This document shows positions 8,764-20,705 of a stretch of 64,000 nucleotides of DNA, in pieces. The stretch's first letter is position 1. Each line of letters starts with the position of its first letter. The notes beneath the pieces were generated by a model. It searched no databases. It saw only the letters and a list, made by a program, of their open reading frames with translations, and was not told the origin of the DNA. The DNA is from Pirellulales bacterium (GTDB lineage: Bacteria; Planctomycetota; Planctomycetia; Pirellulales; JAICIG01), in NCBI GenBank assembly GCA_035547915.1, contig DASZTS010000072.1, positions 72,023-136,022 on the forward strand, given 5' to 3'. The translations under genes were made by a program, and so were the position numbers.

Positions 8764-8883
8764 ATTCCGCATGTTTCGAGCGCGAGCTTGGCCTTCGCGC
8801 AATCGGCACCCGCCGCTACAGTACCCGGCCCGTCATGGCTGGCCACGGGTGGCCGCCGGCGGCCGAGATCCTGGAGTCGTGCG

Positions 8884-9108
8884 ATGAAGCGTATTTGCAC
8901 CGCATTGGTTTGCTTGGTGGTCGGTGTGGCGGCCCTCGGCCATTTCTTGGGCTGGTACAAGGTGACCAGCGAAAAGGAAGGCTCCGTGCTCGACATTCAC
9001 ATCTCGGTGGATGAGGGCAAGATCCACGAAGACGAAGGCAAGGCCGAGCGGCAATTGGAGCGTTACGGCCAGCAATTCAAAGAGCACGAAATGAACGGCC
9101 ACCGCTAA
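8884..9108 (+). CDS. Hypothetical small single-pass membrane protein
   Basis: The ATG at 8884 inside ORF 8788..9108 gives MKRICTALVCLVVGVAALGHFLGWYKV, followed by a charged tail. Confidence 0.45.
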   Translation: MKRICTALVCLVVGVAALGHFLGWYKVTSEKEGSVLDIHISVDEGKIHEDEGKAERQLERYGQQFKEHEMNGHR

Positions 9109-9182
9109 CAAGCGTTGGTCGGCTTGCTCCGGTCAACCCGTCTCGTATTCGATCCGCGCCGTCGCGCAAGACCGCGCGCGAT

Positions 9183-9587
9183 TCAACCGCCCAGCACGTC
9201 GTTGAGCACTTCCTCCGAGACGTAGATCGGCAGGGGTGGGTCGCACGTCACCGCCACGGCGATGGCGTCCGACGGCCGCGCGTCGATCTCGATCAGCTCT
9301 CCGTCGTGTTTGATCCGCAACCGCGCGTAATAGGTGTGTTCCTTCAGGTCGCTGATCACGACGCTCTGAAACTCGCCCCCCAGGTTGTCGGCCACGCTCA
9401 CCAGCAGGTCGTGCGTCAGCGGACGCGGCGACATGAATCCCTTCACCCGGCGATCGATGCTCGTTGCCTCGAAGATGCCGATCAGTATCGGAAACGAACG
9501 ATCGCCGTCAACCTCCTTGAGATAGATGATTTGCTGATCGTTGATTTCACTGATGATGATCCGCGACAACTCCATCTGCACGGGCAT
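9183..9587 (-). CDS. Bifunctional nuclease (BFN/DUF151) family protein
   Basis: Contains FPILIGIFEATSIDRRVKGFMSPRPLTHDLLVSVADNLGGEFQSVVISDLKEHTYYARLRI..IDARPSDAIAVAV, matching the family pattern (PI.IG..EA..I, RPLTHDL, DARPSDAIA). Confidence 0.8.
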   Translation of the reverse strand: MPVQMELSRIIISEINDQQIIYLKEVDGDRSFPILIGIFEATSIDRRVKGFMSPRPLTHDLLVSVADNLGGEFQSVVISDLKEHTYYARLRIKHDGELIEIDARPSDAIAVAVTCDPPLPIYVSEEVLNDVLGG

Positions 9588-9686
9588 GATGCCGACCCTG
9601 CGCGTTGTATTCGTTCGTAAAGCCTGATTATAGGTTGCCGCGCCGGCGAACTGCTAGTGGCGGAAAGGGCGAGCGCCGATCGTCGT

Positions 9687-11075
9687 TCAATCCTCGTTCT
9701 GTAGCGTGAGCAACAGGTGCTTGACGTCGGTCATGGCGATCGTGTCGCGTTCGATCGCGCGATTCGATGCGATGAAGACCGGCCCTTCGGCCGTCTCGCG
9801 ACCGGCGGCGGGCAAGCGCCCGTGGCTCCCCTTCACGACGCTCGCATCGAGCCCGATCACGTCCATGTAATAACGGAAGCCGAGCGCCTTGCGCGCCAGT
9901 CGCCGCGCCACGCGCAACTTCGGGAAGCGCAACTGCGGATCGACGAGGAGCTCGGCCGGATCGTAGCCCGGCTTGCGATGGATGTCGACCGTGCGGGCGT
10001 AATCGGGTGCGAGCTGGTCGTCGAGCCAGAAATAATATGTGAACCAGGCGCCGGGCGCGGCCACGGCCACCAGCTCGCCGGCGCGGGGATGATCGAGGCC
10101 ATGCTCGGCCTGCCCCTGCCGGTCGAGCACCCTCTCGATCCCCTCCGTTCGCCGCAGCAAGGCCGCGACTTCGGCCCGGTCGCGCTCGTCACGCACATAC
10201 GCGTGGGCCACCTGATGATCGGCCACGGCAAACGCCCGCGAGGCGCCGCAATCGAGCGTCTCCCAGCCGAGCGGCTCGCGGCGGATTTCGAGAAAACCTC
10301 CGTCGCGCAACACGCGGTTGATGTGCACCGGCCGGTCCACGGCAGTGATCGCGTATTCGGAGAGAACCACGATCTCGGAGCCCTGCTGCCGGGCGGCGTC
10401 GATGACCTTGCCCGCCTCGGCATCGACGGCCCGCAAGTCGGCGGCGACGCGCGGATCGTCCGGCCCGAACCGCTGCAAATCGTAGTCGAGGTGCGGCAGG
10501 TAGACGAGCGTGAGCGTCGGCCGGTAATCGGCCATCACGGTCAAGGCGGCGTCGGCGATCCAGCGCGTGCTGCGGATGTCGGCCGTCGGACCCCAGAAGT
10601 GAAACAGGGGAAACGTGCCGAGCCGCTCTTGCAGGCGGTCGCGCAGCTCGGGGGGCTGGCTGTGGCAATCGGGCAACTTGCGGCCGTCGGCCGGATAGCT
10701 GGGCCGAGGCGTGACGGCCCATTCCACGTCGGCGTACATGTTGAACCACCAGAACAGCTTGGCGGTGGTGTAGGCCGCATCGCGCTGCCGTCCTGCCTGA
10801 TAGATCCGTTCGCCCTCGACGAGATGGTTCGATTGCCGCCAGAAGAGCACCTCGGCGAGATCTCGGAAATACCAGCCATTGCCCACGACGCCGTGCTCGT
10901 GCGGCAAAAGGCCGGTGAGCAGCGTAGCCTGCGCCGAACAGGTGACGGCCGGCAACACCGTGCCCATCGGCCGGGCAAAGCCCTCCTGTGCCAGGCGCGT
11001 GATGTGGGGTGTATGGGGGCCGAGATGGTCGTGCGTCAGGCCGACGACATCGAGGACGACGAGGGGTTTGGTCAT
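9687..11075 (-). CDS. Alkaline-phosphatase-superfamily nucleotide pyrophosphatase/phosphodiesterase-like protein
   Basis: Starts MTKPLVVLDVVGLTHDHLG and contains VLPAVTCSAQATLLTGLLPHEHGVVGNGWY (nucleophile Thr/Ser region), YLPHLDYDLQRFGP and GSHGRLP. Confidence 0.75.
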   Translation of the reverse strand: MTKPLVVLDVVGLTHDHLGPHTPHITRLAQEGFARPMGTVLPAVTCSAQATLLTGLLPHEHGVVGNGWYFRDLAEVLFWRQSNHLVEGERIYQAGRQRDAAYTTAKLFWWFNMYADVEWAVTPRPSYPADGRKLPDCHSQPPELRDRLQERLGTFPLFHFWGPTADIRSTRWIADAALTVMADYRPTLTLVYLPHLDYDLQRFGPDDPRVAADLRAVDAEAGKVIDAARQQGSEIVVLSEYAITAVDRPVHINRVLRDGGFLEIRREPLGWETLDCGASRAFAVADHQVAHAYVRDERDRAEVAALLRRTEGIERVLDRQGQAEHGLDHPRAGELVAVAAPGAWFTYYFWLDDQLAPDYARTVDIHRKPGYDPAELLVDPQLRFPKLRVARRLARKALGFRYYMDVIGLDASVVKGSHGRLPAAGRETAEGPVFIASNRAIERDTIAMTDVKHLLLTLQNED

Positions 11076-11265
11076 GCGGTCTCACGCGAAGCCCGGCGCA
11101 GCGAGCGCGAATCGAATCCTTTGCAGCAAGGCCAGTCTGGGTCAGCGCCGCCGCCGCGTCAATCGACGTGGCAGAACGAGCTGCCGACGCGCCGATCGTG
11201 CCTCCAAGCCAAGCCAGGGTCCCTGTTATAATCCGCGAACCAGAACCCAGCGGAACGAGGACTTC

Positions 11266-12855
<1,590 letters not shown>

Positions 12856-12955
12856 CACGAATTTTGCCCAAACGCCGAACCCGATGCGGGCCCATGATAG
12901 GGCGAGACGCAGAGACGCCTCACTCTGTACAGTAGGCTCTCTTGTGGCAGACTGC

Positions 12956-14650
12956 CTACGCCGTGCGCTGGTCGGGATACTTCACGCGGCCGTGGTAGAC
13001 GGCGGTGAGCGATTTGACCAGGCTGTCTTCGATCTTGCGGAGCTGTTCGAGCGTCAGTCCGCATTCGTCGAACTGCCCGTCGAGCAGTTTTTTCATGGCG
13101 ATCTCTTCCACCAGGCTCTCGATGCGGGACGGGGTCGGTTCGACGAGCACGCGGCTGGCGCTCTCGACCGTGTCGGCCATCATCAGCACGGCCGCTTCGA
13201 CGGTCTGTGGCTTGGGGCCCGGATAGCGGAACGAACTTTCCTGGACGTCGCCGGAGTCGGGATCGGTCGCCGATTGCTGGCTGGCGCGGCGGAAGAAGTA
13301 TTCGACCAGCGTAGTGCCGTGGTGCTGTTCGATCAGGTCGATGATCGGCTGCGGTAGCCGGTGCTGGCGGGCCAGATCGGCGCCGTCCTTGATGTGGGCG
13401 ATGATGATCAGTGTGCTCATGGCGGGCACGAGCGAGTCGTGCCGGCTCTCTTCCAGCCCCTGGTTTTCCACGAAATAGTGGGGCTTGAGCATCTTGCCGA
13501 TATCGTGGAAGTAGGCGCCCACGCGCACCAGCAATCCTCGCGCGCCGATGCTCTCGGCCGCGGCCTCGGCAATCGAAGCCACGTTGATCGAGTGGTTGTA
13601 CGTGCCGGGGGCCCGCCGCACCAGCTCTTGTAAGAGAGGATGGGCCACGTCGCCCAGTTCGAGCAGGCTGATCTCGGTGAGCACGCCGAACAAACCCTCG
13701 ACGAACGGCAACAGGCCGGTGATCAAGAACCCGGCGAGCAGCGTCCATACGCCGTTCTGGCCTGCCAGGTTGAACAGCGGCCGGGCCGCCGGTTGGCCGT
13801 CGAGCATGCCGGCCGCCACGGTCAGCACCGGAGCGATGCTGCCCGAGATCAAGCCGACCCAGATCAGTTTGCGGCGGCTGCGGATGCGGCCCAATTGCAC
13901 GATGGCCGAGGTGATGATGCCCAGCAAGAGAACCATGTGGACCAGGCCGGCGCCGTCGGCCAACACGAACATCAACGTCAACGCCGACGACAGCACGAGC
14001 GCCAACTCGCGGCCGTAGGTGATGCCGATCGTCATGCCGAACAGCAGCAGAGGGATGATTTCCGCCCGCCACGGGTCGCCCGCGGTCCAGCGAGCGAGCA
14101 GGATTGCGACGCACGACGAGACCAAGACCAACGATAGTTGGTACAGGTCGTTGATCATCCGGCGGTCGCGCAGGTAGACGTAGTAGCCTGCCAGACCCAA
14201 CAGCCCGACAATCAGGGCGAACAGGGCCACGCCGCGCTCGCTGCTGGCGACGTTGCTGAACTTTTGTGCGATGTAGGTCTTGTGTTCCAGTTCGAGCAAC
14301 GCGACGGTCTTCGGCTGCAACGGTTCGCCGGCCAGCGCCAGGGCCTCACCCGGTTCGTAGCGGAGAAACTGCTCCGTCTCGGTGGCAATCGCCCGTGGAT
14401 CGGGAACCGAAAAACCGACCCGCGCCGTGATGTTTCGCTGCGGAACGTAGCCCGCATGATAGGGAAACGGCGGCAGCCAGCCGAGCGCCACGGTCCAGAT
14501 CGCCACGGCCGCGGCAAAGGCGAGGGCGAACCGCACCAACACGTCGCCGCGGCGCAGCGACGAGAGCACTTTCGCCAACCGGCCAGGAGCCAGTTCGAAC
14601 GACGATACCCGGCCGACGCGCGGGCGTTTGCGAATCGTGGTGCTATTCAT
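12956..14650 (-). CDS. 7TM-receptor HD/HDIG phosphohydrolase (PgpH/YqfF-like)
   Basis: A multi-TM core is followed by HSINVASIAEAAA..YFHDIGKMLKPHYFVENQ..IIAHIKDGADLARQHRLPQPIIDLIEQHHGTTLVEYFF. Its start overlaps the phoH stop by 4 nt. Confidence 0.85.
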   Translation of the reverse strand: MNSTTIRKRPRVGRVSSFELAPGRLAKVLSSLRRGDVLVRFALAFAAAVAIWTVALGWLPPFPYHAGYVPQRNITARVGFSVPDPRAIATETEQFLRYEPGEALALAGEPLQPKTVALLELEHKTYIAQKFSNVASSERGVALFALIVGLLGLAGYYVYLRDRRMINDLYQLSLVLVSSCVAILLARWTAGDPWRAEIIPLLLFGMTIGITYGRELALVLSSALTLMFVLADGAGLVHMVLLLGIITSAIVQLGRIRSRRKLIWVGLISGSIAPVLTVAAGMLDGQPAARPLFNLAGQNGVWTLLAGFLITGLLPFVEGLFGVLTEISLLELGDVAHPLLQELVRRAPGTYNHSINVASIAEAAAESIGARGLLVRVGAYFHDIGKMLKPHYFVENQGLEESRHDSLVPAMSTLIIIAHIKDGADLARQHRLPQPIIDLIEQHHGTTLVEYFFRRASQQSATDPDSGDVQESSFRYPGPKPQTVEAAVLMMADTVESASRVLVEPTPSRIESLVEEIAMKKLLDGQFDECGLTLEQLRKIEDSLVKSLTAVYHGRVKYPDQRTA

Positions 14651-15603
14651 CCGTTCGCCCGCCGGCGGGCCGGTTCTTCTTCGTAGGCTCGAACGATCTC
14701 GCGAACCAGGCGGTGACGCACGATGTCGGCGTTGCCCAGCCGCACCTGCGTCAGGCCCTCGATACCCTTCAATCGCCGTACCGCATCGATCAGGCCGCTT
14801 TGCGTATGGTTCGGCAGGTCGACTTGCGTGGCATCTCCCGAAACCACGATCTTCGAGTTGCGGCCCATGCGTGTCAAAAACATCTTCATCTGCGAAATCG
14901 TCGTGTTCTGGGCCTCGTCGAGGATGATGAATGCCTCGTTGAGTGTCCGCCCGCGCATGTAGGCCAGCGGAATCACTTCGATCAGGTCCTGCTCGGTGTA
15001 GCGCTTGATCTGGTCGTAATCCATCATCTCGCGCAGGGCGTCGAGCAGGGGGCGCAGGTAGGGGTTGATCTTGGCCTGCAAATCACCCGGCAGATAACCC
15101 AAACTCTCGCCGGCTTCGACCGCCGGCCGCACGAGCACGATCTTGCGGATCCGCTCCTGTTTGAGGGCGGCCACGGCCATCGCTACCGCCAAGTAGGTCT
15201 TACCAGTTCCCGCCGGTCCGACACAAAACACCAAGTCATAATTCTGGATGGCCCGCAGATAGTCGGCCTGTCCGGGAGTGCGGGCCTGAATCTTTCGTCC
15301 GGCCTGGAAGACCTCGATGGGCGGCACGTCGGGCGCGGTGCGTTCGCCGGTGGCGGCGGCCAGGGCACGGGCCACATCGTCGGAGGCGACTTCGCCCTGC
15401 CGCACCGCAAGCGCCTGGAGCTGCTCCAGCACTCCCGTGGCCTTACTGACCGCTTCTTCCGACCCTTCCACGCGAATCTGGTCGCTGCGGGTCGAAATGC
15501 GCACCCCGAGCGCATCGCGGATTTGCTTGAGGTGCTGATCGCGAGGCCCAAAGAGCGTCAAAAGCGCTTTGGAATCGACTACCGCAATGCTGGCTTCGGT
15601 CAT
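14647..15603 (-). CDS. phoH: PhoH-like ATPase
   Basis: ORF 14647..15678; the ATG at 15603 gives MTEASIAVVD. It contains FCVGPAGTGKTYLAVAMAVAAL (Walker A), FIILDEAQNTT and IVVSGDATQVDLP. Confidence 0.9.
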   Translation of the reverse strand: MTEASIAVVDSKALLTLFGPRDQHLKQIRDALGVRISTRSDQIRVEGSEEAVSKATGVLEQLQALAVRQGEVASDDVARALAAATGERTAPDVPPIEVFQAGRKIQARTPGQADYLRAIQNYDLVFCVGPAGTGKTYLAVAMAVAALKQERIRKIVLVRPAVEAGESLGYLPGDLQAKINPYLRPLLDALREMMDYDQIKRYTEQDLIEVIPLAYMRGRTLNEAFIILDEAQNTTISQMKMFLTRMGRNSKIVVSGDATQVDLPNHTQSGLIDAVRRLKGIEGLTQVRLGNADIVRHRLVREIVRAYEEEPARRRANG

Positions 15604-16181
15604 TAGGCGAGCGGCGGCATTGGACGGGCCACCGCTGATAGTACGCTGCCGACAACGCAGTCGGACGCATAGCGACATTCTACCTCAGCCGGCCAGCAGC
15701 CGACTAGCGGGAACCTGTGTTGCATCGCAACTCATTTGCGACAAGCGACTTGCGTTCATGATGGGATCTCAGAACCGGTCGGCAAGCTGCAATGGTCGGT
15801 TCCGGCGGGCCCGATTCGGTCGGTTCGCCGAACACGGCGACGGTAACGATCGGCGAAGTTGCAAGGCGGAGGGCCGGAGACGTTTTCACTTCCGCTGAAG
15901 CCCGACAGCTCAGCCGCGACGGCAGACATCGCCCGGGTCGAGAGATGACGGCAGTGGGCGCGCGGTGCCGGCTTGGCGACGTTCTCTTGAACTGGTCGCA
16001 CGACGATCAGCCGGATTCGCGATCGCCCACGTGTGATCCGACGAGTTTCGACTCGATTTGCCAAACGACTGCCAGCTCTCCCTAGATTACCCTACCCGCC
16101 AAGCTGGCATACTAGTTGCGAACACGGCCCGCCAATCGCGCCTCGCCCGTCGTCCTCAATTCTCTCAGCAGGAGCAAGCCC

Positions 16182-19100
16182 ATGTCGCGGATTAACTTCT
16201 CACTCCGCTCGTCGCGTCTCTCCCACAGCACCCAGCGAGGGCTGGCAGAGCGGTCGTGTGGGATAGAGACACTCGAAGATCGCTACCTGCTCACCGGTTA
16301 TATGCAAATGAACCTGGTCTCCGACCAGCCCGGCGGGGCACTCATCCAAGACCCGAAGCTGGTCGCGCCTTGGGGCATTTCTGTGGCGCCGGACGGCAAC
16401 TTCTATGTGGCGGATAGCGGTTCGAGCATGGCCACGATCTATGCGGGCGACGTCGGTGGCACACCGTTCAGCAAAGACTCACTCGCGGTAAGCCTTCCGG
16501 GCGGTCTGCCGACCGGCGAAGTCGCCAACGGCGCCGGGGGCTTCGATGTGACCGGCCCGGACGGCTCGACCGGTTCCTCGCAGGTCATTTTCGACTCGGC
16601 CAACGGCAACCTGGACGGCTACAGCCCGGGTGTTCCCGCCAGCAGCACGACCTCGACGCTCGCCCAATTGGCCGCCCAGGTCGACGGCGCGGTGTATACC
16701 GGTCTGGCGATCGGTTCGGTCGGGGGCACGACATATCTGTTCGCCGCCGACTTCCAGAACGGCACCGTCGACGTGTTCGACACGAACTTCAATCTGGTGA
16801 CGTCGCTGGCGGCAAACGCCCACCCAGGCTATTCGCCGTTCGGCGTCCAGGTGATCAACGGCGAGCTCTATGTCACGTACGCCAAATACTCGACCACGAG
16901 CGTGAACACCGGCGACAACGACCAGGACGACGGCGATCAGAACGATCAGGGCGAACAGAGCGACGCCAAAGGCGGGAATGGGAACGGAAATGGAAATGGG
17001 CAGGGCAACGGCAACGGGCAAGGAAACGACAACGGCAACGGAAATGGCAATGGCGCTAACGGCCATCATGGACACAAAGGGGGGAACGAGGACAACGATT
17101 CCGACGACGGCGAGAACAACGGCGCCGGTCCCAGCGGCGTGCGGCTACTGGTGGCAACAGGTGGATTCGTCGACGCCTATTCCCTGAGCGGACTGCTTCC
17201 CGGCAGCGCGCTGCCGACAGCGACTTGGTCGGCCGGCACCTCACTCAACGCTCCCTGGGGAGTCGCATTGGCTCCGGCCGGTTTCGGAGATTTCGGCGGA
17301 GACCTGCTGGTGGGCAACTTCGGCGACGGGCATATCACGGCTCTCAACCCGACGACCGGCGCCCTGGTCACGACGGCGACGACCACCACCGGGCAGCTCA
17401 CGAATCCGAACGGCACGCCGATCGTCGTCGACCACCTTCTCGGCCTGACGTTCGGCAACGGCACCACGGCCGGCAACAGCGACACGCTCTACTTCACGTC
17501 GGCCCCCGCCGGTAGCGCGAGTACCCCTACGTCGAGCAATCCTTCGCTGATCGTGCTCGACGGATCGAGTCCCGGCGCGCTGACGGTGGTCGGCAACGCC
17601 AATGTGGCCGTCTCGGGCGGTGGTACGCTGGCGGTCGATAGCAGCAGTTCCTCGGCAATCACGGCCAGCGGCAACGCCCAGGTCGCGGCCGGCACCATCG
17701 ACGTGGTCGGCTCGACGAGCACCAACGGCAACGCGAACATCAGCGGCACGGTCGACACCGGCGCGGCGCCCATTGCCGACCCGTTCGCTTCCCTGCCGGT
17801 GCCATCGACGGCCGGCCTTCAGCCATTCCAGGCCGTGCACATCAGCGATCACAGCCACGTCACCTTGCAGCCGGGCGTCTACACGGGAGGCATCGACGTC
17901 TCCGGGCAAGCGTCGGTCTTTCTCATGCCGGGAATGTACATCCTCCAAGGAGGCGGGCTCACTATTTCCGGCGGTGCGACGGTCGTGGGCAACAACGTGA
18001 CGATCTTCAACAGTCCGGTCAACGCCAACGAGGGGATCAATGTCACCGGACAGGGGAGCCTCTCTCTTTCCGGATCCACGAGCGGCACCTATAAGGGAAT
18101 CGCCCTCTTCCAGGCGCCCGGGGCCGGTTCGCCCATCACGGTCGATGGCCAAGGATCGATCACGGTGCAAGGGATCGTCTACGCTCCTGCCGCGACGGCA
18201 GAGATCTCGGGCAACGGGCAGCTCACGGTGCTGAACGATCTCGACGACGGCATCCAGGCACAGCTTGTCGTGTTCGACCTGAACGTCGTCGGCAACGGCA
18301 CAGTGGCCGTCAGCGGCACGGGTAGCCAGGGAGTCGTGGGTATCCACGGACTACTCGGCAGCCTGCAACCGGCCACCAGCGCGAACCCACTGGTGATCAC
18401 CGGCGGGGTGATTCAGGCCACCGAGGGAACGACGTTCACGGGGGCGGTCGCTGCCTTGGGGGCCGCGGCGGCCGGCGCGGTCGCGGGCAACTTCACGGCC
18501 ACCATCGACTGGGGTGATGGTACCAGCTCGACCGGCACAGTGGCCGCCACCGGCAACGGCGGCTTCCTGGTGCTCGGCAACCATGATTACGCTGAGGAAG
18601 GGACCGACACGATCACGGTCACCGTTTCCGATAACAGCAGCCATACGGTCAGCTCCACCGCAAGCGCGCAAGTGGCCGACGCACCGCTCGTGGCCACATC
18701 GATCAACATACCCGTGCAGTCGAGCCTGACGGTCAGCAACCTACAGGTCGCCTCCGTGACCGATACGGGTGGCGCGGAAGCCGCGGGTAACTACACGGCC
18801 ACGATCGACTGGGGCGACGGCACGGCGACTTCGACGGGCACCGTGAGTGTCAGCGGCCACACGCTCAATATCGCCGGCAGCCATACGTATGCGATGGCGG
18901 GCCGCTATGGTGTCACGGTCACCGTCACGGACGAGGGAGGCGCCTCGACGGTCGTGCATTCGGTCCTTGTGGCTGGCAACCCCACGCCCAACAATCTGTT
19001 CGTGTCCAGCGCGTTTGAGGACGTGTTGGAGAGGCAGGTCGATCAGCCCACCTTGCAGTATTTCCTCAACTTGCTCGAGGGGGGCGCGTCGCGCGGCGCC

Positions 19101-19610
19101 GTCGCCCTCGCGCTCACGCATAGCCCCGAGTTTCTGCAGGACCTGATCACGGAAGCCTACGAACATTTTTTGGGCCGCGATCCCGATGCTTCTGGCCTGG
19201 CCTTCTGGCTGAGCGCGATGCAAGGTGGGCTCACGCTCGAGCAGCTCGAAGCCGATTTCATCGGCGCGCCGGAGTATTTTTCGCACAGCGGCGGCACCGA
19301 CCAGTTGTTCGTCGACCACATGTACTTCGACTTGCTGGGCCGCGCGCCCGACACGGCAGGTGAGCTATTCTGGGTGAACGCTCTGACCGGTGGTGAAGGC
19401 CGCGGCCTGGTTGCCCTGGGCTTCGCCGACAGTGCGGAGCACGAGGGGATCATCGTACGTGACGACTACTTGACGTATCTCAATCGGGCACCGGCGACGA
19501 GTGAACTGAACTATTGGGTCGATCAATTCGAGAACGGCGTGAACAACGAGAACGTCGTGGCCGGCTTCATCGCCTCGCCCGAGTTTTTTGAGTCTCACAC
19601 CGACGATTGA
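16182..19610 (+). CDS. Large secreted multidomain protein: beta-propeller-like N-domain, beta-helix-like middle, two xIDWGDGT modules, three DUF4214-like C-terminal repeats
   Basis: ORF 16116..19610; the ATG at 16182 is preceded by GGAG. The N-terminus carries ETLEDRYLLTG. YMQMNLVSDQPGGALIQDPKLVAPWGISVAPDGNFYVADSGS resembles what I recall as the TIGR03118 family. The middle has VTLQPGVYTGGIDVSG..PGMYILQGGGLTISGGATVVGNNVTIFNS. TATIDWGDGT occurs twice. The C-terminus has FVSSAFEDVLERQVDQPTLQYFLNLLEGG..SPEF type repeats. Confidence 0.8.
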   Translation: MSRINFSLRSSRLSHSTQRGLAERSCGIETLEDRYLLTGYMQMNLVSDQPGGALIQDPKLVAPWGISVAPDGNFYVADSGSSMATIYAGDVGGTPFSKDSLAVSLPGGLPTGEVANGAGGFDVTGPDGSTGSSQVIFDSANGNLDGYSPGVPASSTTSTLAQLAAQVDGAVYTGLAIGSVGGTTYLFAADFQNGTVDVFDTNFNLVTSLAANAHPGYSPFGVQVINGELYVTYAKYSTTSVNTGDNDQDDGDQNDQGEQSDAKGGNGNGNGNGQGNGNGQGNDNGNGNGNGANGHHGHKGGNEDNDSDDGENNGAGPSGVRLLVATGGFVDAYSLSGLLPGSALPTATWSAGTSLNAPWGVALAPAGFGDFGGDLLVGNFGDGHITALNPTTGALVTTATTTTGQLTNPNGTPIVVDHLLGLTFGNGTTAGNSDTLYFTSAPAGSASTPTSSNPSLIVLDGSSPGALTVVGNANVAVSGGGTLAVDSSSSSAITASGNAQVAAGTIDVVGSTSTNGNANISGTVDTGAAPIADPFASLPVPSTAGLQPFQAVHISDHSHVTLQPGVYTGGIDVSGQASVFLMPGMYILQGGGLTISGGATVVGNNVTIFNSPVNANEGINVTGQGSLSLSGSTSGTYKGIALFQAPGAGSPITVDGQGSITVQGIVYAPAATAEISGNGQLTVLNDLDDGIQAQLVVFDLNVVGNGTVAVSGTGSQGVVGIHGLLGSLQPATSANPLVITGGVIQATEGTTFTGAVAALGAAAAGAVAGNFTATIDWGDGTSSTGTVAATGNGGFLVLGNHDYAEEGTDTITVTVSDNSSHTVSSTASAQVADAPLVATSINIPVQSSLTVSNLQVASVTDTGGAEAAGNYTATIDWGDGTATSTGTVSVSGHTLNIAGSHTYAMAGRYGVTVTVTDEGGASTVVHSVLVAGNPTPNNLFVSSAFEDVLERQVDQPTLQYFLNLLEGGASRGAVALALTHSPEFLQDLITEAYEHFLGRDPDASGLAFWLSAMQGGLTLEQLEADFIGAPEYFSHSGGTDQLFVDHMYFDLLGRAPDTAGELFWVNALTGGEGRGLVALGFADSAEHEGIIVRDDYLTYLNRAPATSELNYWVDQFENGVNNENVVAGFIASPEFFESHTDD
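16971..17062 (+). repeat. Coding Asn-Gly dipeptide repeat inside the N-terminal domain
   Basis: Translates to GGNGNGNGNGQGNGNGQGNDNGNGNGNGANG, flanked by D/N/G/H-rich sequence (DNDQDDGDQNDQGEQSD..HHGHKGGNEDNDSDDGENNG). Confidence 0.9.
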
Positions 19611-19659
19611 CGCGGTGAGCGGAGGTCTGGCCGCCGGTCGAGGTTTTTCGGGTCGGAGA

Positions 19660-19688
19660 CGGTACGCGTCAGGGGGCTGACCGTACCG
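19660..19688. terminator. GC-rich hairpin between convergent genes (candidate bidirectional terminator, no U-tract)
   Basis: cggtacg(c)gtcag-GGGG-ctgaccgtaccg gives 12 bp with one bulge and a 4-nt loop. It lies between the + gene stop (19610) and overlaps the stop codon of the - gene (19669). Confidence 0.35.
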
Positions 19689-20646
19689 CGCTCTGGCTGC
19701 GAAAGAACTCGATGCTCCGTCGGATCGCATCGGGCACCGAAGAGAAGTGGTCGCCCGGTACCAAGACCGCCTCGACGTCGATGCCGCTTCCGCGGGCCAG
19801 GTTGGCCGTCTGCGCGGTCGAGGCAGCGGCCCAGCCTTCGGCGGCGCCGTAGTAGAGCCGCGCGGGACATTTGAAGCTCGCGCCATAGACCGAAGGCGAA
19901 CGAATCTGGAGTTCGCGTATGTCGGACGTGTCGAACACGGAGAGATGCGGTAAGTCACGGACCAGTTGCCCGGCGTCGGGCGAACCCGAAAAAGCGGCGG
20001 CCGCCCGGAACTTGTCCGACGCCATCGCCGCGAGCATCGCCAGTGTGCCTCCCGCGCTGTGCCCGGCCACATAGACCCGGTCGGCATCCACGTAGGACAG
20101 ATTCCGCAGGGCGTCCGCCGCGCCCAGCACATCTTCGACCTCGTCGAAGAAGAGTGTGAAATTCCCCGGCTGGCCGTTCTCGCCGCGCAATACGGGCTCC
20201 ATCACCACGTAACCCGCGTCGCGGTAGGGCTGGGCCATCTCCAGATCGCCGTCACCGAACGCGAAGCCGCCGTGCAGGAACAGCACGGCAGGTCGCTTTT
20301 GGCCGTCCGCCGGCGGAGGATCGACATAGGCCGTCAGGCTCAAATCGCCGGAGCGATAACTGACCGGCTCGGCGCCGTGCACTTGAAAGTTCGGAGCGGC
20401 GGGCTGCGGCGATGGGCCAGTCCGCCGCAACTTGGTACTGAAACTACGCCGTGCGACGGCGTAATCTTCGGCTTGCGGCGTAAGCGGGGGCGAGACCGCG
20501 TGGGGAGAGACCGTGACGTTGGCCCGGGAAGCGATCCCGAGAAAGGCCATGGCCCCTACGCCGCAGAGGCACATCATCAATAAGCCGGCGCCGACCACGA
20601 CGCCGATGATTATCAGCGCGACATTCGTCTGTTTCTTCTCGGACAT
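19669..20646 (-). CDS. Membrane-anchored alpha/beta hydrolase (dienelactone hydrolase / prolyl oligopeptidase-like)
   Basis: ORF 19669..20655 begins with GTG; the ATG at 20646 gives MSEKKQTNVALIIIGVVVGAGLLMMCLCGVGAMAFLG (TM anchor). It contains PAVLFLHGGFAFGDG and the nucleophile elbow VAGHSAGG. Confidence 0.8.
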   Translation of the reverse strand: MSEKKQTNVALIIIGVVVGAGLLMMCLCGVGAMAFLGIASRANVTVSPHAVSPPLTPQAEDYAVARRSFSTKLRRTGPSPQPAAPNFQVHGAEPVSYRSGDLSLTAYVDPPPADGQKRPAVLFLHGGFAFGDGDLEMAQPYRDAGYVVMEPVLRGENGQPGNFTLFFDEVEDVLGAADALRNLSYVDADRVYVAGHSAGGTLAMLAAMASDKFRAAAAFSGSPDAGQLVRDLPHLSVFDTSDIRELQIRSPSVYGASFKCPARLYYGAAEGWAAASTAQTANLARGSGIDVEAVLVPGDHFSSVPDAIRRSIEFFRSQSAVRSAP

Positions 20647-20705
20647 GGCATCCACCCGCTCAGGTACGCCGGGCGTTCGGCCATCCCTGGCTACCTCTGC
20701 GCGCC

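Noticed and set aside
10879-11265. N-terminal 129-codon extension of the pckA track ORF
   Set aside because: The extension overlaps the divergent neighbour and looks non-native. The PEPCK homology begins at the ATG at 11266. Similar upstream extensions were trimmed for 21964, 15678, 16116, 39128, 50149, 55448, 62774, 3653, 8296 and 8788.
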